From contig CAKSBF010000006.1 in NCBI GenBank assembly GCA_934438075.1, forward strand, positions 46,010 to 110,009: a stretch of 64,000 nt of DNA. The letters run 5' to 3'. A model generated the notes under the pieces. It did not search any database. It worked only from the letters and a program-made list of their open reading frames with translations, and was not told where the DNA came from. Both the position numbers and the translations under genes were made by a program. Below are positions 32,252-39,883 of the stretch, one piece after another (the stretch's first letter is position 1; every line of letters starts with the position of its first letter). This DNA comes from an uncultured Clostridia bacterium (lineage in GTDB: Bacteria > Bacillota > Clostridia > UBA1381 > UBA9506).

Positions 32252-33808
32252 TTATCTATTATTGAACCTTTCAAGAGCTGACTGTTTAATTTCTAGCGCC
32301 CTTTGCAGCCCTAAAGATTCTATAGTTTTTACATATTCTTCAAACTTTTCGATACTCTCTACACCCATAATAAACTTAGCAATCATTTCATCTTGGTATG
32401 TAGTAATGTCTGTCGTGATTGTTGCCAATTCGCTCGTCTCATCCTGGAGCACATAAACTAGCGGCATGGCATGTTCTATCGCATCAGTGTCGGGCCAGAT
32501 TTTGAGGGCTTCCTTTTGTTCCGGAAGCTGTGCATACTGCTCCATATACCGCTTATCCTGCACAAACGGTCCGGATTCATATGCCTTAAGATATTTTGCC
32601 ATAGCAGCTGTTATAGATAACCCATCGGGGTTATTCATAATCTCATCTGTGTATGTAGGATATCCATCGACCATTTTAAAGCTTTTTCCTTCAATTCCAA
32701 AATTATTAAGAATGTGCCCTTCTTCACCATATCCATAATCAAGCAGTTTAGCCGCAGTTTCATAAGATTTGCATTTCGTCGTAATGGCAGCACCAATTCC
32801 ATTGATAGGAAGTGAAACCTGCCCAAATTTTGGACGCTCTCCCTTTTTTAATGTAGGATATTTTGCCGGCACAAGCTTAAATCCATCTACTTTTCCTTTT
32901 GCAGCAGCAGAAATTCTTCCGATACCGCCACCAATCGTCAGCGGTGTAGCACCACAATTACCATTTAAAATTTTAGAATCCAGGGTTGTACTGTCGTTCG
33001 TCATAAAACTACGATCAATCAATCCCTCATTGTACCACTTATTAAATGTTTTTAAAAATTCGAGAAAACCTGGTTCCGTACCACCAAATTTAACAACATC
33101 TCCATCAACATAAAATGATTTTGTGGCTCCATACGCACCAGAAAAAAGACCCCAATCCAATACGTTAGACAAAGTGAAACTCAGCGGTGCAGTAGCATTT
33201 TTCTTTTCTTTAAATGCTTTTAAAACGTTATACCATTCATCAATTGTTTCCGGGATATCAAGTTTTAACTCCTCAAGCCAATCCCCGCGAAGAGCAATTC
33301 CTGCGGCTGTCAGCAAAGAATCATCACCCCGAATAAACGGGTAGCAAAAATATTGTCCCGAATCGGTCTTAAGATCAGATTTATATTGAGGATTCGCCTC
33401 AAGAAAATTTTTAAGGTTGGGAGAATCTTTCTCCATAATATCGTTTAAGTTTATAATATAACCATCATTTATTGCTTTTTCAGGTCCTCCCGGGAATTCA
33501 CTCCAATTACACTCGACAATATCCGGAAGTTCTTTTGATGCAATCATTAGGTTAAATTGTTCTTTTTCTTGTGAAACAGGAGGGTGGATGTAGTTAACCC
33601 GCACACCCGTCCTTTCCATTAACGTTTTACCATATTCCGATTCCCCCAATGTAGTTGTCGTAGAGCTTAAATTTGGGTCAATTCTCACCCAGTAAGTCAG
33701 TGTCTCTTCATTGTTTGCTTTTTTCGCCTTCTTTTCACCTGTACAACCGGATAAGATACTAACGGCAACAGTCACTGATAATAACCCGCATAACATCTTC
33801 TTCGTCAT
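32252..33808 (-). CDS. Extracellular solute-binding lipoprotein (LplA-like, large family-1 SBP)
   Basis: 518 aa with a lipobox ILSGC after the signal peptide. First gene of the SBP-permease-permease set. No ATPase gene in the locus. Confidence 0.85.
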   Translation of the reverse strand: MTKKMLCGLLSVTVAVSILSGCTGEKKAKKANNEETLTYWVRIDPNLSSTTTTLGESEYGKTLMERTGVRVNYIHPPVSQEKEQFNLMIASKELPDIVECNWSEFPGGPEKAINDGYIINLNDIMEKDSPNLKNFLEANPQYKSDLKTDSGQYFCYPFIRGDDSLLTAAGIALRGDWLEELKLDIPETIDEWYNVLKAFKEKKNATAPLSFTLSNVLDWGLFSGAYGATKSFYVDGDVVKFGGTEPGFLEFLKTFNKWYNEGLIDRSFMTNDSTTLDSKILNGNCGATPLTIGGGIGRISAAAKGKVDGFKLVPAKYPTLKKGERPKFGQVSLPINGIGAAITTKCKSYETAAKLLDYGYGEEGHILNNFGIEGKSFKMVDGYPTYTDEIMNNPDGLSITAAMAKYLKAYESGPFVQDKRYMEQYAQLPEQKEALKIWPDTDAIEHAMPLVYVLQDETSELATITTDITTYQDEMIAKFIMGVESIEKFEEYVKTIESLGLQRALEIKQSALERFNNR

Positions 33809-34780
33809 AGATATCCCTTACCTTTCTGTTTATAATAATATAATTGTTATACCGCGCTGCGAACAATTGCAACAGTATTGATTAATTTCATTTTAAAAAA
33901 AAATCCATAATAATTCAAGAGACAAAATGTCATCCCCCACAGACAAAAGTACTGTTTCAGCTGATTTTTTAATCTTAATTCTTTCCGGAAAGCTTTTTTA
34001 TTTTTACCTTCTCTTTTTGTTGCGCATACGTATATCTTTCAATTATCACTCTCGAATACAAAAGGGTAAAGAAAAGCATGAATTATAAATGAAATGCAAA
34101 AAATTAAAAAACATTATTTGAAAAAACAAAACACAATATCTTGAGCATTCAAAAAGTTAACTTTATTAACCCTTATGAAATATTCAAAAATAAATATGGC
34201 ACATTTAACCTAAAGCACTTTGTAAAGTTCCACAATATAAGACTCATATATAGAATGAGAACCACTTTTGAATATAAAGAGCTTAATATGCAAAATATTA
34301 TGAAGAAACTCCTTGCCGTTATAAAGGTGACATGACGTATCTCTTGGGCGAAATTTACCCAAAATAAGTCATTGAAAACTTGGATGTTCTTGGTGTCCTT
34401 GGGGGATACTAAACAAAATATTTATTTACGCCGCGAATCCACTCGCAAAAAGGCGGCAGTGACAGTAAACAAGTAAGTCGAGTGTGCCTTAAAGGACACG
34501 CATGCGAAAGAGAAGGAGTATTAAACAAAATGGACAAAAACAAGGCTCCCGCAAAACCTATAAGATTTTGTGGGATAAAGAAGTGGCAGCTGATAAAGCG
34601 TAACCGTGTTTTTACAAAAACACGGCAATGCCAAACCACAGAGATATTTGCGCCGCGAGTATATTCGCAGGTTGGTAGTGAGCCAAAGGCGTTATGAGTG
34701 CGCTTGCAAGCGAACAGCCGATGCGAACGCAACCTTTTGCGAAAGAGGAAGAGCAAAGAAGTGGGCAGGTTTTTTCTGCA

Positions 34781-34811
34781 TAGAAAAACGGAGCAAAGCG
34801 AACTTTGCTCC
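34781..34811 (-). terminator. Rho-independent terminator directly after tRNA-Val
   Basis: Minus strand reads GGAGCAAAG-TTCG-CTTTGCTCC followed by GTTTTTCT. Confidence 0.8.
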
Positions 34812-34815
34812 GACG

Positions 34816-34892
34816 TGGTAGAGACAGTAGGACTTGAACCTACGACCTCTCGCATGTGAAGCGAGCGCTCTAACCAACTGAGCTATGCCTCC
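34816..34892 (-). tRNA. tRNA-Val (anticodon CAC), CCA encoded
   Basis: 77 nt, folded by hand: acceptor GGAGGCA/TGTCTCT (two G-U pairs), D arm GCTC/GAGC, anticodon stem CTCGC/GCGAG with loop TTCACAT, T arm GTAGG-TTCAAGT-CCTAC, then ACCA. Confidence 0.9.
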
Positions 34893-34983
34893 ATATAATT
34901 CAATCTTTATTTTTATTATATCACACTTCATAAGGCAATGCAAGAGGCAATCAACTTTTTTAGCTATCAAACGAAAACAAAAA

Positions 34984-35030
34984 TCAAAAAACGGGCCTAC
35001 AGCCGAAATAAAATTTCGCTGCAAGCCCGT
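34984..35030 (-). terminator. Rho-independent terminator closing the mdh...ferredoxin operon
   Basis: Minus strand reads ACGGGCTTGCAGCGAAAT-TTT-ATTTCGGCTGTAGGCCCGT followed by TTTTTTGATTTTTG. Confidence 0.75.
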
Positions 35031-35036
35031 TTGTCT

Positions 35037-35276
35037 CTAAATTTTTCCTAAAACATTTTCCTCAAAAAAAGTATTTACCCCATCAGTACTTACCGAATGG
35101 AGCACGCCATCTGCCTCCACACATACGCCCTGCTGACACTTTCCCATGCAAAAAGTTCCTGCAAGTTCAATTTTATCGCTCAGACCATGTGCACAAATAA
35201 GCTGCTGAAGCTGCTCCACAACTTGCCGAGACCCTTTAATATGGCAAGATGAGCCAATACAAACATTAATTTTCAT
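35037..35276 (-). CDS. Thioredoxin-like [2Fe-2S] ferredoxin
   Basis: 79 aa with four Cys arranged CIGSSC ... CMGKC, as in NuoE-type or small [2Fe-2S] ferredoxin domains. Confidence 0.7.
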   Translation of the reverse strand: MKINVCIGSSCHIKGSRQVVEQLQQLICAHGLSDKIELAGTFCMGKCQQGVCVEADGVLHSVSTDGVNTFFEENVLGKI

Positions 35277-35294
35277 AAAAAGTCCCTTTCCGAT

Positions 35295-35618
35295 TTAAAG
35301 ACTCATCGCCGCTGCATCAGCCGCTCGGTCAAGCTTTTTATTTCTGAAATATAAACTGATATCTGTTGCAATTTCGATAAAGTTCAAGACATAAAAGAAA
35401 AAGCTAAGATAGAATATAAAACCGGAGCTTCCGCCACTTACCTGAATAATTTTCCTGATAATACCAAAGGCATAGCCTATCAGCAAAAATACCTCAAAGA
35501 AAAGGCTCTTTCCCTTTGCCGTACGCGACACGATAGATTTGTGAATTGAAATCGGCCAGGAGAGTCCGAAGCAAAATATTGTTAAAGCTTCCAATAAATC
35601 TGTAATCATCTTATTCAA
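35295..35618 (-). CDS. Small 3-TM membrane protein (PQ-loop/SemiSWEET-like size and topology, family unverified)
   Basis: 107 aa with three hydrophobic helices. No motif I can assign with certainty. Confidence 0.5.
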   Translation of the reverse strand: MNKMITDLLEALTIFCFGLSWPISIHKSIVSRTAKGKSLFFEVFLLIGYAFGIIRKIIQVSGGSSGFIFYLSFFFYVLNFIEIATDISLYFRNKKLDRAADAAAMSL

Positions 35619-35640
35619 CCCTTTATCTTATTATTTTATG

Positions 35641-37236
35641 TTATTTTCTTCTGTAATCAGGCAACAGCTTAGGCGATACAGCCTCTGTCTCTATCCCCGC
35701 TGCCTCACGTTCTGCATCAAACTGCGCAATATGTGCAAGCGTCAGTTTGCCGACGGTAACGCCCTTGGCACAAGCTGAAGCATTTTGTCCGGCATTTCTG
35801 CCAAATACAATAATATCCAACAAAGAATTCCCCATCAAGCGATTACGACCGTGGATTCCTCCGACCGCTTCACCTGCTACGAAAAGATTTTCTACATTAG
35901 TTGTCATGCCATTGACATCGATATCTAAACCACCATTTTGATAATGCAAAGTAGGATACACCAAAATTGGTTCTTTACGAATATCTATGCCATAACTTCC
36001 AAACATGCGCATCATGGCAGGAATCCGTTTTTCAATTGTCCCTTCACCGCCGATGGCCTCAATCATCGGAGTATCCAGCCAAACCGCTTCACCGCTGCCC
36101 GTTGCGACACCTTCGCCGCGGTCGGAACACTCTCGGATAATGGATGCCGCCGCCACGTCACGGGTTTCCAGCGGATGCATAAATACTTTTCCATCACGGT
36201 TAACCAGTTTGGCACCCAAGGAGCGAACCTTTTCTGTTACGAGTGCACCAAATATCTGTTGCGGAAATGCCGCACCCGTCGGGTGATACTGAAGTGTTTC
36301 CGCATATAAAAGCTTTGCACCCACTCGATAACCCAATACCAGGCCATCTGCCGTAGCACCATAGTGGTTGGAAGTTGGGAATCCCTGATAGTGCATACGA
36401 CCTGCACCGCCCGTTGCAATAATCACCGTCTTGGCGCGCGCAACCATCAGCTCATGCGTTTCCATATTCATTAAAACCGCACCGGCCGCCCTGCCGTTTT
36501 CATCTAAAATCAGCTCGATTGCTGAAGTAAAATCTACCACAGGAATCTTACGGTTTAATACCTCATCACGCAGAGTACGCATGATTTCAGCGCCGGAATA
36601 GTCCTTTGCCGCATGCATACGCTTGCGGGAGGTTCCTCCGCCATGCGTGGTAATCATGGTGCCGTCCGCTTCCTTATCAAACTCCACACCCAAATCATTC
36701 AACCACTGAATCGCCTCCGGTGCATCGCAGACAAGTTTTGCCAAAAGCTCGCGTTTTGCCGCATAATGCCCACCGCCAAAGGCGTCTACAAAATGGATTG
36801 CAGGCGAATCATTTGGTTTGTCCGCTGCCTGAATACCGCCCTCCGCCATCATTGTATTGGCATCACCCATACGCAATTTCGTAACAATCATGGTTTTGGC
36901 ACCGGCCTTATCCGCCTCAATCGCAGCAGAAGTACCCGCTCCGCCGCCGCCGATGATCAGCACATCTACGTCATATTTCACATCATCAAGATTTACATCA
37001 GAGGCAGAAATGCGGCTGTGTGCCTGCAGCAACTCACAAAGCTCGTGCGGCACCTCTTCCCCTTTATTCGGTCCTATCTTTAAAACAGAAAACTCACTTT
37101 TCTTATAATCCGGATGGTAAGCTTTCAGCAAATTCTCTTTTTCCTGCGCTGTCATACGTGCCGGCTCATAAGCAATGTTTGCCTCTCGCGCCGCTTCTAC
37201 CTTTTTCAGCGACTCTTCAAATTCCTTTGCGTACAT
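35641..37236 (-). CDS. Soluble fumarate-reductase-like flavoprotein (Sdh/Frd/NadB superfamily, TfrA-like)
   Basis: 531 aa with the FAD fold DVLIIGGGGAGTSAA and substrate-site motifs YHPTG, TEKVR, HYQNGG and IHGRNRLMGNSL. Asn replaces the covalent-FAD His (GDANTMMAEGG). Confidence 0.75.
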   Translation of the reverse strand: MYAKEFEESLKKVEAAREANIAYEPARMTAQEKENLLKAYHPDYKKSEFSVLKIGPNKGEEVPHELCELLQAHSRISASDVNLDDVKYDVDVLIIGGGGAGTSAAIEADKAGAKTMIVTKLRMGDANTMMAEGGIQAADKPNDSPAIHFVDAFGGGHYAAKRELLAKLVCDAPEAIQWLNDLGVEFDKEADGTMITTHGGGTSRKRMHAAKDYSGAEIMRTLRDEVLNRKIPVVDFTSAIELILDENGRAAGAVLMNMETHELMVARAKTVIIATGGAGRMHYQGFPTSNHYGATADGLVLGYRVGAKLLYAETLQYHPTGAAFPQQIFGALVTEKVRSLGAKLVNRDGKVFMHPLETRDVAAASIIRECSDRGEGVATGSGEAVWLDTPMIEAIGGEGTIEKRIPAMMRMFGSYGIDIRKEPILVYPTLHYQNGGLDIDVNGMTTNVENLFVAGEAVGGIHGRNRLMGNSLLDIIVFGRNAGQNASACAKGVTVGKLTLAHIAQFDAEREAAGIETEAVSPKLLPDYRRK

Positions 37237-37247
37237 GTTATCCCTCC

Positions 37248-37922
37248 TTACTTCTCAATTTCCCGGTTGTTATAAAGCTCTTTCAATTCCTCAATCGGTT
37301 TGCCCATCAGACCTTCAATCAGCTCTGTGAAAGTGCCGTCTTTAATTTCCTGTACACGGTTTGCCAAATGCTCCGACTTCGGCGCCAAATATTTTCCGTT
37401 CAGCCTTCTCGCAAGCATTGCAACCTGCGGATGAGAAATACCGGCAGGACAGCGCGAGGAGCAAACGCCGCACATTACGCAGTCAAAGGATTCTTCCGCA
37501 CACTTCTCAAACTCGCCGCGCTGCGCATAAGCAATATACTGCATTACATTTAAACTCTGCGTACAGCTTTTCGTACAGGCATTGCAACCAACGCAGGCGT
37601 AAATTTCAGGATAAAGCTGCATCATAATCTGTTCGGTTGGCTTCACCGTCTCAATATCATAAACCTGCTTCACAAGAGGAAAAAACGGAAGCGTTGCGAC
37701 ATACATATCATTTTCAACCTTTGTCTGGCAAGCAAGACAAGTTTTCAGCTCTCTGTCACCTTTAATGCGGTAAATGGTCGCACATGCGCCGCAAAAACCA
37801 TTACGGCAGCCACAGCCGCGAACCAGTTGATAACCCGCATATTCCATAGCGCGCATAATCGTCAGATTATCGGGAACACTGTACTGCTTGCCGAACAGGT
37901 AAACATTAACCATATTTTCCAT
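37248..37922 (-). CDS. SdhB/FrdB-like iron-sulfur protein
   Basis: [2Fe-2S] signature CRNGFCGAC...C plus CVGCNACTKSC and CVMCGVCSSRCP. Start set to the ATG at 37922 (AAGGAG 9 nt upstream); the track ORF starts at 37952. Confidence 0.75.
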   Translation of the reverse strand: MENMVNVYLFGKQYSVPDNLTIMRAMEYAGYQLVRGCGCRNGFCGACATIYRIKGDRELKTCLACQTKVENDMYVATLPFFPLVKQVYDIETVKPTEQIMMQLYPEIYACVGCNACTKSCTQSLNVMQYIAYAQRGEFEKCAEESFDCVMCGVCSSRCPAGISHPQVAMLARRLNGKYLAPKSEHLANRVQEIKDGTFTELIEGLMGKPIEELKELYNNREIEK

Positions 37923-38031
37923 ATTCATATTCTCCTTATAACAAGATTTCATCGAAAACTTCTGCGCAGCAAAAGTCTCCTGTCAATAGCATTTCAACCT
38001 CACACCAAAAGGGGATATCTCAGCAAGGTTA

Positions 38032-38865
38032 TTAATATTCATCAGGAAGCTCATCAATCTCATCACAGCGGAACACAGGACCGTCTTTGCAGACATATTT
38101 AGAACCGATATTGCACCGGCCGCATTTTCCGATTCCGCACTTCATGCGAAGCTCCATTGTTGTATATACCTGTGTTTTATCAAACCCAAGCTCTATCAAG
38201 CCTGCAAGCGTAAACTTGATCATAATCGGCGGACCGCAAAGAATAGCAATCTTATCAGTTGAAAAACCAAGTTCCTTCACGTAGTTGGGAACAAATCCCA
38301 CGTGGCCATCCCATTCCGGCTGCTCGCGGTCAATTGTCAGATAAACGTTAACCCCCGCATCCTTTGACCACTCCTCAATAATTTCCCGATAATCCACCAA
38401 ATCCTGCATACTGCGTGAGCCATACACAATATCAATTTTTCCGTAGCGGTCGCGATAGTGGCGGCAGTAATTAATCACCGACCGAAGCGGTGCAAGACCG
38501 ATACCCCCGGCAATAAACAACATATCATGACCTGCAAACTCCGTATCCACCGGAAAGGCATTGCCATAAGGTCCGCGAATAGTAATCTGCTGACCGACCT
38601 CCATAGAATGAAGCCATTCGGTCACACAACCGCATTTTTTAATCGAAAACTCCATAAATTCTGTATTGGTCGGAGAGGAGGTAATGGAAAACATTGCCTC
38701 GCCAACACCCGGTATGGAAAGCATGGCACACTGCCCCGGCTTATGCTCAAACGCTTTTTTACCGTCCGGCGTTACCACGCGGAACGTTTTGACATCCGGT
38801 GTATCAATGCGAATGTCGGTAACCACACCCACAACAGGTATCAACGGTTCTTTCATATCAACCAT
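38032..38865 (-). CDS. flxA: FAD/NAD(P)H-binding [2Fe-2S] oxidoreductase (FlxA / AsrB / PyrK-like)
   Basis: Ferredoxin-reductase-type fold (AMFSITSSP, MLFIAGGIGLAPLRS) and a C-terminal CGIGKCGRCNIG...C cluster. Its start overlaps the flxB stop by 8 nt. Confidence 0.7.
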   Translation of the reverse strand: MVDMKEPLIPVVGVVTDIRIDTPDVKTFRVVTPDGKKAFEHKPGQCAMLSIPGVGEAMFSITSSPTNTEFMEFSIKKCGCVTEWLHSMEVGQQITIRGPYGNAFPVDTEFAGHDMLFIAGGIGLAPLRSVINYCRHYRDRYGKIDIVYGSRSMQDLVDYREIIEEWSKDAGVNVYLTIDREQPEWDGHVGFVPNYVKELGFSTDKIAILCGPPIMIKFTLAGLIELGFDKTQVYTTMELRMKCGIGKCGRCNIGSKYVCKDGPVFRCDEIDELPDEY

Positions 38866-39883
38866 TTTCACACCCTCCTAACTTTTTCATAACCTTTACG
38901 ATATTCATCTGAATCGGGCATTTTGCCATGCAGCGGCCGCAGCCGACACAGGAAAACAGTCCGTCGTTATTGGTAGGATAATACACCAGCTTGTGCATAA
39001 AACGCTGACGAAAGCGTTCCATTTGCGTTAAGCGTGGCTGCCCTGCAGACATTTTTGTGAATTCGGAATACATACAGGAATCCCAGCAGCGAAAACGTTT
39101 CACTCCGTGTCCTGTATTAAAATCCTTAATATCATAACACTGACAAGTCGGGCAGATAAATGTGCAGGTTCCGCATCCTAAACAAGACTCGGAAAGTTCT
39201 TTCCATTCCGGTGCATCAAAAAATTCTGAGGTCTTTCCATCTCCAAAAGCGTCCGCCGAAAGATTTGATAACGGAAGCTTTTTCAAGCGCTGTGCAATCA
39301 GCTTCTGCTGTGCTTCAGCCGCCGCACTGTTCGCCTCTTCCGTTACATCTGTCAGGCTCTCCAATAGTTTTGCACCCTTATCCGTTTTTGCCTCCATATA
39401 AAGCGCATCTTCTGTCTGCAAACAGACAACATCACCCTCAGGACTCGATGCGTCTATGCCAAAGGTACCGCAAAAACAAGTCTCCACAGGCTTATTGCAG
39501 GCAAGAGACATAACAACCCCATGCTCTCTTCGGTTTTTATAATAGCTATCCACAGGTTCTGCCAAGAACACACGGTCCAGTATCTCAAAGCTTTTCACGT
39601 CACAGGCACGAACGCCAAATAAAACAAAGTTCTCACATTCCTTGCGTGTATCAATAATCTCAATATTTTTTCCTTCCATCTGAAAATCCATCAAATTTTC
39701 CGTCTGGGGGAAGAAGAAATCCTTTGCACTTCTTACTGTATTCAGATTTTTAGAAAGCGTTTTTCCGCTTTCCCACTTTTCAAATTTTGCACCCGCTGCC
39801 GTATCTATCGGCAAGTACAGTGTGCTTGCAACAGAAATGGCTGCAAACAATTTATCAAGCTCATTAAGCGAAATCTTACGCAT
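38858..39883 (-). CDS. flxB: 4Fe-4S dicluster protein (FlxB / AsrA-like)
   Basis: Contains CLGCGTCTFICPTCQC and CVGCGRCMAKCP. Start moved to the ATG at 39883 (AGAGGTGA RBS), overlapping the flxC stop by 8 nt. Confidence 0.65.
   Translation of the reverse strand: MRKISLNELDKLFAAISVASTLYLPIDTAAGAKFEKWESGKTLSKNLNTVRSAKDFFFPQTENLMDFQMEGKNIEIIDTRKECENFVLFGVRACDVKSFEILDRVFLAEPVDSYYKNRREHGVVMSLACNKPVETCFCGTFGIDASSPEGDVVCLQTEDALYMEAKTDKGAKLLESLTDVTEEANSAAAEAQQKLIAQRLKKLPLSNLSADAFGDGKTSEFFDAPEWKELSESCLGCGTCTFICPTCQCYDIKDFNTGHGVKRFRCWDSCMYSEFTKMSAGQPRLTQMERFRQRFMHKLVYYPTNNDGLFSCVGCGRCMAKCPIQMNIVKVMKKLGGCENG

Noticed and set aside
34141-34335. 64-aa plus-strand ORF in the AT-rich region upstream of the ABC operon
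   Set aside because: It has Lys/Asn/Phe/Ile-rich composition typical of AT-rich intergenic DNA, an alternative (non-ATG) start, no RBS and no motif.
34400-34780. Possible RNase P RNA, SRP RNA, tmRNA, 6S RNA, T-box leader, cobalamin/TPP riboswitch, or group II intron fragment
   Set aside because: I looked on both strands for core motifs: GAGGAAAGUCC, the SRP domain IV GGAAGCAGC context, a tmRNA 3' tRNA-like end, the T-box GGUGGUACCGCG, the B12 box GCCACUG, TPP CUGAGA, and a GUGYG 5' end plus domain V. None is present, so the segment is reported only as an unclassified candidate.
34409-34855. 148-aa minus-strand ORF (MREVVGSSPTVST...) spanning the tRNA-Val flank
   Set aside because: It reads through the tRNA-Val gene and its terminator. 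It is Cys/Arg/Leu/Phe-rich low complexity and has no RBS, so it is a spurious ORF over non-coding sequence.
37923-38031. Internal promoter in the 109-nt gap between flxA and frdB (a TTGACA hexamer is present)
   Set aside because: No acceptable -10 element lies 16-19 nt downstream of the TTGACA. I therefore treat the gap as an unexplained intercistronic spacer rather than a called promoter.
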